A DNA stretch of 49,930 nt from the NCBI GenBank assembly GCA_046761065.1, contig JBHIFL010000023.1, forward strand, positions 1 through 49,930. The letters are read 5' to 3'. Positions within the stretch are counted from its first letter, which is position 1. Each line of letters opens with the position of its first letter. Source of the stretch: Candidatus Heimdallarchaeota archaeon (GTDB lineage: Archaea; Asgardarchaeota; Wukongarchaeia; Wukongarchaeales; JBHIFL01). Made by a program: the position numbers and the translations under genes. The notes under the pieces are model-generated. The model ran no database searches. It had not been told where the DNA came from and was given only the letters and a program-made list of their open reading frames with translations. Of this stretch, positions 18,529 through 27,590 are shown in pieces.

Positions 18529-19515
18529 ATGGTCGGGTGGCTAATGAATAAGAGAAGTATTGAAAGAGGAGAGGAAAACTATAACAAGTTAAAAATAGCC
18601 ATCATTGGTGCGGGTCCCTCTGGGGGCATCCTAGCGACACATCTTGCAAAAAACGGCGAGAATGTAATTTTAGTCGATATCCTCCAAACTCGAATTGATG
18701 CAATACGAAGAAATGGCTTATCTATTTCTGGTTTCATCGAATTGCATTCGGAGATTCCACACCTTTGTTATTCAATCTCAGAACTTGCCCCCTACAAGCC
18801 GGATGTTATCTTTATTGCCGTTAAAACGTCTGTTTTAAAAAAAGTGATTACGGAGATTCAAGCCATCTGGGGTCCTGGCATGAAGGTGATCAGCTATCAG
18901 AACGGTCTTGACAACGAACTATTGCTTGCAAAGACATTTGGAAACGAAAATGTCTTACGAGTTGTAATCAACTATGCAGGGAATGTAGTAGGTGATGCGA
19001 ACATCGAAATGACTTTTTTTAATAAACCTAACTTTATTGGAATAGTCTCTGAGCGTGTCAAAAATTTTGCTACAAGAATTGCACACCTGATGACCGAAGC
19101 AGAGCTTGAGACAGAATTCACAGAGAATATCAAGTGGCATACTTGGAAGAAAACTATCCTCAACAGTTCAATGAGTCCTCTGTGTGCCATTACAAATATG
19201 ACCATGCATGAAGCCTTGGATTTTCCGGAAACCCGAATACTTATCGAAGAAGCCCTGAAAGAAGGGATTCTAGTGGCGAAAACGGATGGATACGACTATG
19301 GAGCTAATTTCTTCGATACTTGTATCGCATATCTTAGGAAGGGGGGACATCATAAGCCAAGCATGTGTGCTGACCTCGAAAATCGATGTCCAACAGAAAT
19401 TGATTTTCTGAACAAGAAAATCGTTGAATATGGTGAAAAATACAACATCCCAACCCCTTACAATCTTGTCCTTACCCACTTGATTAAAGCGCTAGAATTG
19501 AAAGTATGTAAGTGA
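18529..19515 (+). CDS. panE: 2-dehydropantoate 2-reductase (ketopantoate reductase family)
   Basis: IAIIGAGPSG, IAVK, YQNGL, WKKTILN, KPSMCAD, TEIDFLN, TPYN; true start may be downstream. Confidence 0.88.
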   Translation: MVGWLMNKRSIERGEENYNKLKIAIIGAGPSGGILATHLAKNGENVILVDILQTRIDAIRRNGLSISGFIELHSEIPHLCYSISELAPYKPDVIFIAVKTSVLKKVITEIQAIWGPGMKVISYQNGLDNELLLAKTFGNENVLRVVINYAGNVVGDANIEMTFFNKPNFIGIVSERVKNFATRIAHLMTEAELETEFTENIKWHTWKKTILNSSMSPLCAITNMTMHEALDFPETRILIEEALKEGILVAKTDGYDYGANFFDTCIAYLRKGGHHKPSMCADLENRCPTEIDFLNKKIVEYGEKYNIPTPYNLVLTHLIKALELKVCK

Positions 19516-19899
19516 TCAACCTCTAGAAGCTCAAATTGTGAAAATTAAGGTCAGAAAGGTGTTGTACATTCGCATATTAGTAGTATTTTGAAGATCAAAC
19601 AATAAACAAGAGTATACTCTTAAAATATCGTTTGTTTCACTTCATTTTGGAGAACAGAGACTCCTAAGTCAGAAGCAGGGTTCCTTTATAGCAATGCATA
19701 AAAAAGTTCTCCATGAGGAGAAGTACACGGTGTGAAAATGAGGGATAGTGTTTATTGGTTCCACAGTATTATTCTTCTTAGATAGCATACTATTCCTATA
19801 CTTAATGAGCACCCCAATTTTCTTAGAAAACTCCTGTTTGCATGAAAGGAGATTAGATAAGTGAGAAATAAAAAATAGGAAACAAGTGGGTACGGGATC

Positions 19900-21018
19900 A
19901 TGACATTCGAGAAAGAGATTCAAATCCTCGATAAGTTAGAAAAAAGAACAAGTGAAATCATAACAAGAGAGGAGTTGCTTACACTTCTTAACCAAATTCG
20001 TTCCGGGCGAAAAGTAAAAGGGTACATAGGTGTTGAACCATCGGGACTTTTTCATGTAGGGTGGATCATCTGGGCGCGCGTATTACAGCTTTTAAGCGAA
20101 GCAGGGATCAAAATGCATTTTCTCGAGGCTACTTGGCACGCCAAAATCAATGACAAGTTAGGGGGCGATATGGACAATATTCATGTGTGTGCCAAGTACT
20201 TAGAGCATTGTTTGGTCAGTCTTGGTGTTGATACGAAGCGCCTAGTGTTCGAGAAAGCGGAGGATCTCATGGATTCCCTGAACTACTGGGAAACAGTGAT
20301 GCACGTCTCCAAGAGCATGTCCCTCCATCGCGTAAGAAGGGCGTTGAGTATCATGGGTCGGAAAGAGGATGAAGTAGATTTAGATTTCTCGAAATTCCTC
20401 TATCCAAGCCTCCAAGTCACGGATATCCTTTCGCAACAGTATGAGGTTTGTTTAGGAGGTATGGATCAACGTCGGGCACATGTACTCGCACGCGAGATGG
20501 TCAAGAAACTCGACCTCGACTGGACTCCCGTGGCTATCCACACCCCACTTCTGCCAGGGCTTTCAGGAGCAGGCAGAATGGACATTCAAGCAATAACTGA
20601 AGAAGAATCATACAATCTAATGATTGAAGGAAAAATGTCCAAGTCAAGACCAGGAGATGCCGCTTTTATTCATGATCCGGAAGATAAGATTAAAACAAAG
20701 ATAATGCATGCTTTCTGCCCCCAGAAGGTCATTGTAGACAATCCTATCATTGCTATCAATCAACATATTCTCTTTGCTGAAGAAGGTTTTGAACTTTTAA
20801 TACCTCGACCCTCAAAATATGGTGGTGACCTCGTCCTCGCTAGTTACGAGGAATTAATCTCAAAATTCAGATCGGGGGAACTCCACCCTCAAGACTTAAA
20901 AAATGCTACCGCAGAGGCGCTGATCACATTATTGGAGCCCGTTCGAGCTTATTTTGCAAAAAATAAAGAGGCAACTCATTATAAAAACCAAGTTGCTGAT
21001 ATGGTTATTACTAGATAA
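19900..21018 (+). CDS. tyrS: Tyrosine--tRNA ligase (archaeal type)
   Basis: YIGVEPSGLFHVG, YPSLQVTD, GGMDQRRAH, KMSKS, AFCP, LHPQDLK. Confidence 0.95.
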   Translation: MTFEKEIQILDKLEKRTSEIITREELLTLLNQIRSGRKVKGYIGVEPSGLFHVGWIIWARVLQLLSEAGIKMHFLEATWHAKINDKLGGDMDNIHVCAKYLEHCLVSLGVDTKRLVFEKAEDLMDSLNYWETVMHVSKSMSLHRVRRALSIMGRKEDEVDLDFSKFLYPSLQVTDILSQQYEVCLGGMDQRRAHVLAREMVKKLDLDWTPVAIHTPLLPGLSGAGRMDIQAITEEESYNLMIEGKMSKSRPGDAAFIHDPEDKIKTKIMHAFCPQKVIVDNPIIAINQHILFAEEGFELLIPRPSKYGGDLVLASYEELISKFRSGELHPQDLKNATAEALITLLEPVRAYFAKNKEATHYKNQVADMVITR

Positions 21019-21156
21019 GAATAACTCTCTTCAGCTAATCAGATCTAAATTCTCATCAGCTCTAGTTCAAATGAGAAAAACTCATATGCAGATAAGTCAA
21101 GAAAAAGATAGGAGTTAGAGGAAGAGGAAATCTACTGTGGTGGAATTTTCTTCCCT

Positions 21157-21360
21157 CTAGCTCTCTGTTTCCGGATTTTTTGCCTTCAAGTTGGAGATCT
21201 TTTCATCAAGCCGCTCGATAGCCTTAGAGAGCCGCTTTCTCATAAACTCCAAGTAGGCTATTTGTTCCTCTTTGGTTGGGGGGTCGCACCAAAACATCCC
21301 AGGATGCGGGAAGCCATACGCCCATCCATACCCTCTTGGCTTACACATTTTTCGTTTCAT
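21157..21360 (-). CDS. Small DUF5320-like protein (Gly/aromatic N-terminus plus coiled coil)
   Basis: RGYGWAYG..PTKEEQIAYLE..IERLDEKISNLK; overlaps the PadR gene end. Confidence 0.7.
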   Translation of the reverse strand: MKRKMCKPRGYGWAYGFPHPGMFWCDPPTKEEQIAYLEFMRKRLSKAIERLDEKISNLKAKNPETES

Positions 21361-21979
21361 CTCGTAATTTCTTCAATTTCTTTCTTACTGTTTCAAGCTC
21401 TTCCTGAAGTTGTTGTTTGTAGGTTTCAAGTCGTTGTAACTCCGTATCTCGATTTTGGTGAGTTTCTGTGCCACACTGCCCAGTTAGAACACATCTTGCC
21501 CAAAGACGACCCCATAACCCATGTCGCTGGCTCATCGAAGTCCTGAACCGTTCTTGAAACGTTGGAGGAGCATGTCTTGACACATAGTGCCAAAAGGGTC
21601 CAATCACTATGAAGGGATCTGGAACTCGCTCGAGCACTTCATCGACATTGAATACTTCATTTAGTATTTCCTGACCCTTTTCGGTGATTGAATATCGAAA
21701 TGTCCGATCTTTTAGGGAAGGTGTCATCTCAGATCGTTGGATCTCATGTTTCTCAATTAAATCACTGTCCACCAGCCTATCTAAGGCGGGATATAGGGTT
21801 CCACTCTTTGGAACCCATCTACCTCGGAACCCGCCTCTCATTAATCGGAGGATGTCATATCCGTGTGTTCCCTGTTTTCGACGTGCTAATGTGAGGAGAA
21901 TGAGAAATTGAACGGGGGAAATCCTTCCCTTGCTTGTCTCTATGCCTTTTCGAAATGCAAACATCCTCAACAACTTCAT
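21341..21979 (-). CDS. PadR-family transcriptional regulator with C-terminal coiled coil
   Basis: HGYDIL, WVPKSGTLYPALDRL, YSITEKG. Confidence 0.9.
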   Translation of the reverse strand: MKLLRMFAFRKGIETSKGRISPVQFLILLTLARRKQGTHGYDILRLMRGGFRGRWVPKSGTLYPALDRLVDSDLIEKHEIQRSEMTPSLKDRTFRYSITEKGQEILNEVFNVDEVLERVPDPFIVIGPFWHYVSRHAPPTFQERFRTSMSQRHGLWGRLWARCVLTGQCGTETHQNRDTELQRLETYKQQLQEELETVRKKLKKLRDETKNV

Positions 21980-22029
21980 TCCAAACTTTTCCGAGAGACA
22001 AAATTGTCTATCAAATTATTAGTTGCCAA

Positions 22030-22053
22030 CTATATATAGATATCTATATGTAG
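22030..22053. promoter_or_regulatory. Palindromic operator/TATA region upstream of the PadR gene
   Basis: CTATATATAGATATCTATATGTAG is a 24-bp palindrome with one mismatch, about 50 bp upstream of the PadR start. Confidence 0.5.
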
Positions 22054-22129
22054 ATAACTACTTACTCCATCAAAAAGCTGCAAGTCACCACTTATAAGGC
22101 ATATGATTTCGATAAGTATGTCCTAAGAA

Positions 22130-22606
22130 TCAGATGTTTATGTCGGTGGTCTCTTTCACCGACTCAAATACCATACACGTTAGCGTCTTGTCGATGCCCT
22201 TCACTGCTCGGATCTTGTCAATCACAAACTGCCCTACCGCCTCGACATCCTTCGCTTTCACCTTGATTAACATGTCCCAGTCCCCCGTGATGATGTGGAC
22301 CTCTTGCACCTCTGGAAATTCGGCCACTTTGGCCGCAATCTCCCGTTGGGAGAGTGGCTTCTCCACCCCCGGCGGCCGATAGGCAAAGGCCGCTAAAATA
22401 AACGCGGTTGTCCCCCTCCCCAGTTGCTTCGCATCCAACACCGTCTTGTACGCTTTAATGAGCCCTTCCGCCTCCATCCGCTTTACCTTCGCATAGACCG
22501 TGCTCGGTGGACTCTCAATCGCACTGGCTATTTCCGCTACGGCGAGTTTACAGTTCTTTTGGAGCTTTCTGAGAATCTCCCGGCTATGCTCGTCGAGCTG
22601 GTTCAT
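22130..22606 (-). CDS. Lrp/AsnC-family transcriptional regulator
   Basis: LDEHSREILRKLQ HTH, PSTVYAKVKRMEAEGLI, EVHIITGDWD. Confidence 0.95.
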   Translation of the reverse strand: MNQLDEHSREILRKLQKNCKLAVAEIASAIESPPSTVYAKVKRMEAEGLIKAYKTVLDAKQLGRGTTAFILAAFAYRPPGVEKPLSQREIAAKVAEFPEVQEVHIITGDWDMLIKVKAKDVEAVGQFVIDKIRAVKGIDKTLTCMVFESVKETTDINI

Positions 22607-23040
22607 AGGTGTAATTTTTTCTTTTATATTTAAAAATTTTGGGAGATTTGCATTACTACACGCATTCTTAGAAAATTTTTATAATGCAGGGAGTTATCTT
22701 AAAATAATGATTTCTTCTATCTCCCCAAAAATATGACCACTTATTTTTCATCCTGGCTTACTCAGATCATCATGTGTAGAAATGGAATTAAATAACTCTC
22801 TGGCATTTGCCAAACCAGGAGTTCCTCAACAAAGTGTTTACCGCACATATGGACGAAATTGGATATCAATAACAACTCTAAATTCTTTGGTAGAGTTGAA
22901 GTTCTTAAAATTATTTCTCATCAATCAGATTCAAAATTGTTTTTTTTTCTCATATTTATAATGATATTTTGGGAAAAAATGGAAAATTTCTATGGAAATT
23001 TAGAAAAAATTTAAAAGGGGGAAAAACCACTAGGAGTTTT

Positions 23041-24030
23041 ATGCTCATGGAAGATTTAAGTTCATTGCATAGCTTGGCAAAAGGCTATATAACAATCCGA
23101 CAACCGAGAATGCAAAAAATCCTGAAAATACAGGCGGCAATTGGAGCGGCGACAAGGGAATACTTGGATACCCGCGGATTCATCGAATTATTGCCCCCAA
23201 TAATCGGACCAGTGACAGACCCTGGAATAAGGGGCGCCCAACAAGTGTCAGTTGATTATTACGGGCAAGAATTCAGGATAATGAGTAGCGCGATCCTCTA
23301 CAAGCAAATGGCCATGGCGTCCCTTGAACGAATTTACTTTTTCTCACCCAACATCCGTTTGGAGCCTTTGGAGACAGTGAAAACGAGAAGGCATCTATGT
23401 GAGTTTGTCCAAGTGGATATTGAAGAGGCAAATGCAAGTTATGACGATGCTATGGGAACTGCCGAAGGATTGCTTCATTATGTGTGTAAACGGGTAAAAG
23501 AACATCATGAGAAGGAGCTACAAGACTTAGGGCGAACCTTACGAATTCCCAAACGCCCATTCAAACGAATCACTCATCGTGAAGCGGTCGATTTGCTGAG
23601 ATCCAACGGACATGAGATCGATTATAAGTGCGAAATCCCTTGGGCACAAGAAGAAGTCATTTCAGCAATGTTTGATGAACCCTTCTTTATTTATGATTAT
23701 CCACGGGGCGCGAGAGGGTTCTATGATCGAGAAGATCCAAAGCGGCCAGGAACCTTGCGAGATTTTGATTTGATCTATCCGGAAGGTTATGGAGAGGCGA
23801 TTTCAGGAGCAGAACGCGAGTACAGGTATGAACAAGTCATACAACGAATTAAAGAAGGAAATGAGAGCCCCGAAGATTATGGGTGGTACCTAGATATGCT
23901 CCAATATGGGATCCCTCCCTCGGCAGGCTTTGGAATTGGGATTGAACGGCTCACACGATTTGTTTGTGGATTAACGTCAATTTGGGAAGCACGCCCATAT
24001 CCAAAAGTCTCAGGCATTATTTCTCCTTAG
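23041..24030 (+). CDS. Archaeal asparagine synthetase A (AS-AR, AsnRS paralog lacking the anticodon domain)
   Basis: Class II aaRS core without OB domain: GPVTDPG, MSSAILYKQ, SPNIRLE, RHLCEFVQVDIE, SGAEREY, PSAGFGIGIER. AGGAG RBS precedes ATG 23041. Confidence 0.9.
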   Translation: MLMEDLSSLHSLAKGYITIRQPRMQKILKIQAAIGAATREYLDTRGFIELLPPIIGPVTDPGIRGAQQVSVDYYGQEFRIMSSAILYKQMAMASLERIYFFSPNIRLEPLETVKTRRHLCEFVQVDIEEANASYDDAMGTAEGLLHYVCKRVKEHHEKELQDLGRTLRIPKRPFKRITHREAVDLLRSNGHEIDYKCEIPWAQEEVISAMFDEPFFIYDYPRGARGFYDREDPKRPGTLRDFDLIYPEGYGEAISGAEREYRYEQVIQRIKEGNESPEDYGWYLDMLQYGIPPSAGFGIGIERLTRFVCGLTSIWEARPYPKVSGIISP

Positions 24031-24216
24031 GGCAAGTGGGGTGAAGTTGCAATTACAACTTGGATATTTTAATGAAGGGAGTGACCTCAAAAAGTGGGGA
24101 TATATCACAATTCAGGGGCTTTTTCTCCCTTACCTTAGTTTTTATAGCCCAAAAGAAAATAGAAGTTAGGTTTTATTCTCCTTAGTGGCACATAACGACC
24201 GTTTAACTAATTGAGT

Positions 24217-24651
24217 CTATGTTTTGATTGATCCATTTCCTGAGATCGCTTGATTCAAAGTCTGTACGATACCAGACAGTTTCGGAATTCTTTTGAAATG
24301 GTCCGGATTTTGTGTGACAAGGCGGTCTGCATCCAAGACTAAGGCAGTCGCTGCTATTACTATGTCCTGAAACTCTATAATCTTTCCGGCAGTCATGAGG
24401 TATGTGGTTATTTGTGCAATTTTATCAGCGATCGACCCATCCACTTCAACCCACTGAAACTGTTCAAGCACTCTTTTCGCCTTCTTGACAGCCGTCTCTG
24501 ATCGTAGATAAGATCCTGTGAGGATTTCAGCAACTGTGACTATGCTAATATAGGCCTCCTGTTGGCGTGTTATTTGTTTGCACATTGTTACAGCTGCCTC
24601 GTTTCTTTGATCCACTTCAACGAGGATAGAAGTGTCTAGCACTATTTTCAA
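24217..24651 (-). CDS. vapC: VapC PIN-domain toxin
   Basis: IVLDTSIL, ISIVTVAEI, FQDIVIAATA, LVTQNPDHF. Confidence 0.92.
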   Translation of the reverse strand: MKIVLDTSILVEVDQRNEAAVTMCKQITRQQEAYISIVTVAEILTGSYLRSETAVKKAKRVLEQFQWVEVDGSIADKIAQITTYLMTAGKIIEFQDIVIAATALVLDADRLVTQNPDHFKRIPKLSGIVQTLNQAISGNGSIKT

Positions 24652-24662
24652 GAGAACCCCTT

Positions 24663-24920
24663 CTATTCCACAATGCCAAGACGTTTCAATCGTTTTAAAG
24701 TGTCTTGTCTCATTTTCTTTTGGATATCCTCAAAATTCTCAGGCAAAAAACCCCCAGGATCGGCCCAAATATCCGTTTCAAGCTTTTCAATAAGAATTCG
24801 ATGATCTTGTTCTCGCACAATCAGAATGTCGCCTTCTACAATACCTAATTTCTCCCGAATCGCCTTGGGAATTGTGATTTGCGCGTTTCGTGTGACTTTA
24901 ACCTTGATCATTATTACCAA
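24663..24920 (-). CDS. AbrB/MazE/SpoVT-type antitoxin (VapB)
   Basis: KVTRNAQITIPKAIREKLGIVEGD; directly upstream of the PIN gene; start is probably ATG 24911. Confidence 0.9.
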   Translation of the reverse strand: MVIMIKVKVTRNAQITIPKAIREKLGIVEGDILIVREQDHRILIEKLETDIWADPGGFLPENFEDIQKKMRQDTLKRLKRLGIVE

Positions 24921-24976
24921 TCTACTAATAATATCTAGTAATATGTTTGTTCCTATTTATCTCTCCTATTAATAAA

Positions 24977-25123
24977 AGATGGAATCAAGACATACTACAA
25001 TATAAGACCTTCCTTGCAGGGTTTGGAATTGGGATTGAATGGCTCAAACAGTTTATTTGCGGGTTAGCGACTATTTGGAAAGCATGTCTGTATCCAAAGG
25101 TCTCAGGCATGATTTCCCCATAA
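24977..25123 (+). pseudogene. Diverged copy of the last ~49 codons of the asparagine synthetase gene
   Basis: Reads RWNQDILQYKTFLAGFGIGIEWLKQFICGLATIWKACLYPKVSGMISP*, compared with GWYLDMLQYGIPPSAGFGIGIERLTRFVCGLTSIWEARPYPKVSGIISP* at 23881-24030. Confidence 0.9.
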
Positions 25124-25146
25124 GGAATCTGCGAAGAACTTTCAAG

Positions 25147-25544
25147 TGTGTGATGATCAATACCTTAACTCGCTAAGTTGGGCACTAACATGAGATGGTC
25201 AATACCTTAACTCGCTAAGCTGGGCAATATCAACACCCATCATCTACAAATTTGAGAAATCCGGAACCCTGATCGAAATAATTCTTGTAGAAGGAGGATG
25301 GTTGGCATGTAGAGGCCTAGTATGGAATGGAAGGTATTTTTGGGCCCTTAGGGGCGGAAGAGGAATCTGTAAGATTGATATTTCTGGCTGATTAGTTGGA
25401 AGAATCTAAGCGGCAAGCGAAGGGACATGTGACCTGACATGGGATGGGAGATGCTTATGGACCACCCAGAGGACCAATGAAAACTGGTTTAATGATAAAA
25501 TAACCCAATTGGAAATATTAGAAGTGTTACCGCCAAGTTCTTAA
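25147..25544 (+). pseudogene. Decayed beta-propeller protein fragment (LTWDGxYLW-type repeats)
   Basis: One frame reads ALT*DGQYL..IYKFEKSG..GLVWNGRYFW..ISG*LVGRI*..DLTWDGRCLW..; three internal stops. Confidence 0.6.
25152..25232 (+). repeat. Tandem duplication, 42-bp period, 2 copies
   Basis: GATGATCAATACCTTAACTCGCTAAGTTGGGCACTAACA vs GATGGTCAATACCTTAACTCGCTAAGCTGGGCAATATCA. Confidence 0.9.
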
Positions 25545-25605
25545 CCCACTCTATACCTTCCTATCAATACGGGAAATTTATACAAAAAATAGGTTTTGCG
25601 GATAA

Positions 25606-26385
25606 TTGCCTAGATCGTGTTTTCCTCGCTCTACAGCCAAAACCCAACAAAGAAACCTTGAAGTACGTCCCAATCAAGGTTTGCTTCGGATAATCGGTGA
25701 AGAAGTCACGAAGATTCGTGAACACGCCGAACAGATTATCCTCCTAGATATCGGCTGTGGATCGGGCTTAAACTCAATAGAACTCACGAAAAAGCTCCAA
25801 GCGTTCCTTGTGGGTGTTGACAATGTGAAAAATGCATTAATTCAGGCAAAGAAGGCCTATCCTGAGGGAGATTGGGTGCTCCTTGACGCAGATACACTGA
25901 GTATTAAACGAACTTCTGTTGATATCATTTTACTGATTTTTGTTATTCATCTGTTAAAGAACCCAACGAATCTTTTAAGGGAACTTTATCAAGGCCTTAA
26001 GAAGCCAAATGGATTGCTTTTCATTGCGACTGTGGATCACGATCAACTCACTTCCGGCATTTATGCAAAATACTTTCCAGAAGCCGTTGGTTTTGATCTT
26101 CAACGATTTCCAAAAGTTGCGGATTTAAGGGGGCTTCTTGCTAAACTGGGATTCAAAACTTGGGTTCGAACCCAACGGTATTTCCAACGAGTTACTGACA
26201 AAATCAGTGCACAGAACTGGATTCGAAAAGCCCACAATCGAATCTTTTCATCTTTTGATTTGTACACTCCAGTAGAATTGAAGAAGAAGCTCAACTATAT
26301 GGAAAAAGATCTGACACAACAAGTTCAACGCAAAAAAATCAATCTAAGACGAAAGACAACGATTATTTGTGCATGCCCTATCTAA
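25606..26385 (+). CDS. Class I SAM-dependent methyltransferase
   Basis: LLDIGCGSG, VGVD, LDAD, VIHLL..LKKPNG; start uncertain. Confidence 0.88.
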   Translation: MPRSCFPRSTAKTQQRNLEVRPNQGLLRIIGEEVTKIREHAEQIILLDIGCGSGLNSIELTKKLQAFLVGVDNVKNALIQAKKAYPEGDWVLLDADTLSIKRTSVDIILLIFVIHLLKNPTNLLRELYQGLKKPNGLLFIATVDHDQLTSGIYAKYFPEAVGFDLQRFPKVADLRGLLAKLGFKTWVRTQRYFQRVTDKISAQNWIRKAHNRIFSSFDLYTPVELKKKLNYMEKDLTQQVQRKKINLRRKTTIICACPI

Positions 26386-26525
26386 GATCTGAAAAGAAAA
26401 AAGATTGATTCGAATTAATTCTTAAAGATTTGATATAGTAGATGCCTTTAAATATGATAAATCATATTAGACTGATTAATTTGAAAATTATGAAATATTT
26501 GACAGAATATGACATGAAATGAACT

Positions 26526-26759
26526 GTGAAAGACATGACAGAATTTATCGAAGGGAAGTATATATACGGAACTGTAAAGGTTGGTGAAAGAGGACAAGTG
26601 GTGATTCCTTCGACAGCTAGAGACCATTTCAATATAAAACCTGGGGACCTCCTACTTGTCGTTGGAGATCGGAAAATAGGAGGTCTAGGACTAATTAAAG
26701 CGGATGCAATGAAAGAACTCGTAATGAAAGTACTGAAGGGTTTAGGGGAAGTTGAATAA
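26526..26759 (+). CDS. AbrB-family DNA-binding regulator
   Basis: YGTVKVGERGQVVIP..FNIKPGD. Confidence 0.88.
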   Translation: MKDMTEFIEGKYIYGTVKVGERGQVVIPSTARDHFNIKPGDLLLVVGDRKIGGLGLIKADAMKELVMKVLKGLGEVE

Positions 26760-26861
26760 GACCTCCTAGACAGGGAATAAAACTAAACTGAGCTATTTAG
26801 TCTCCTAAAATTGTTCTCGCATGTCATCATTCGAATTATTAAAAATATGAGGCATAAGCAC

Positions 26862-27572
26862 ATGGAGAGTGAGTTAGCAGTTGCTACAAAAGAGCTCAAG
26901 AAGACATATAGAATTGGGAGGATTGAGATCAAAGCTCTTAGGGGTGTTGACTTAGAAATTAAAAAAGGTGAATTTGTGTCAATTGTTGGGCCCTCGGGTA
27001 GTGGGAAATCGACGCTGTTACATCTGATGGGAGCTCTCGATCAGCCCACCGAAGGCAAGGTAATCATAGAAGGAACCGACTTATCTCAGTTGAATGGGAA
27101 GCAGTTAGCTACCCTGCGAAACAAGCAGATCGGGTTTGTGTTTCAAGCATACAATTTGATTAATCGAATGGATGTATTAACCAATGTGGAGTTGCCCATG
27201 ATTGTCCGTGGGCTTTCTCGGAATAAGCGACGAAAAAAGGCAAAACAACTACTGGAAGCTGTTGGACTAGGCGATAAACTCAACCGAAAGCCGATGGAAC
27301 TTTCAGGGGGAGAACAACAGCGGGTTGGGATAGCTCGCGCGCTGATTAATGATCCCGTTCTAATCCTTGGAGACGAGATAACTGGCAACTTGGATACAAA
27401 AACTTCTACCCAAATTATGGATATCTTACGACAAATCAATACCGAGTCTAAAACAACGTTTGTCATCATAACTCATAATTTAGAAGTTGCCGCCCTCACA
27501 GATAAGATTCTGTATCTGAGGGATGGGAGGATTGTTGGAGAAAAACTTGCACTCGGACCAGTCACCACTTAA
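26862..27572 (+). CDS. ABC transporter ATPase (LolD/MacB/SalX type)
   Basis: [36 protein letters not shown]; start chosen at ATG 26862. Confidence 0.93.
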   Translation: MESELAVATKELKKTYRIGRIEIKALRGVDLEIKKGEFVSIVGPSGSGKSTLLHLMGALDQPTEGKVIIEGTDLSQLNGKQLATLRNKQIGFVFQAYNLINRMDVLTNVELPMIVRGLSRNKRRKKAKQLLEAVGLGDKLNRKPMELSGGEQQRVGIARALINDPVLILGDEITGNLDTKTSTQIMDILRQINTESKTTFVIITHNLEVAALTDKILYLRDGRIVGEKLALGPVTT

Positions 27573-27590
27573 CAAAAGGAGGAATATAGA

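Noticed and set aside
22969-24030. Second, truncated asnS pseudogene
   Set aside because: The absence of the anticodon domain together with TDPG and SS.ILYKQ motifs is the normal form of archaeal asparagine synthetase.
8825-25193. TGA repeatedly appears where Trp is expected (8946, 8827, 13547, 25191), suggesting UGA=Trp or Sec recoding
   Set aside because: These sites are mostly in fragments that also have frameshifts or TAA stops. Many intact genes end properly at TGA, including ATGA overlaps, and Trp is TGG throughout. G->A decay explains the pattern.
25152-25232. Possible mini CRISPR array
   Set aside because: Only two copies separated by about 3 nt, no spacer and no cas genes; it is an in-frame duplication in a pseudogene.
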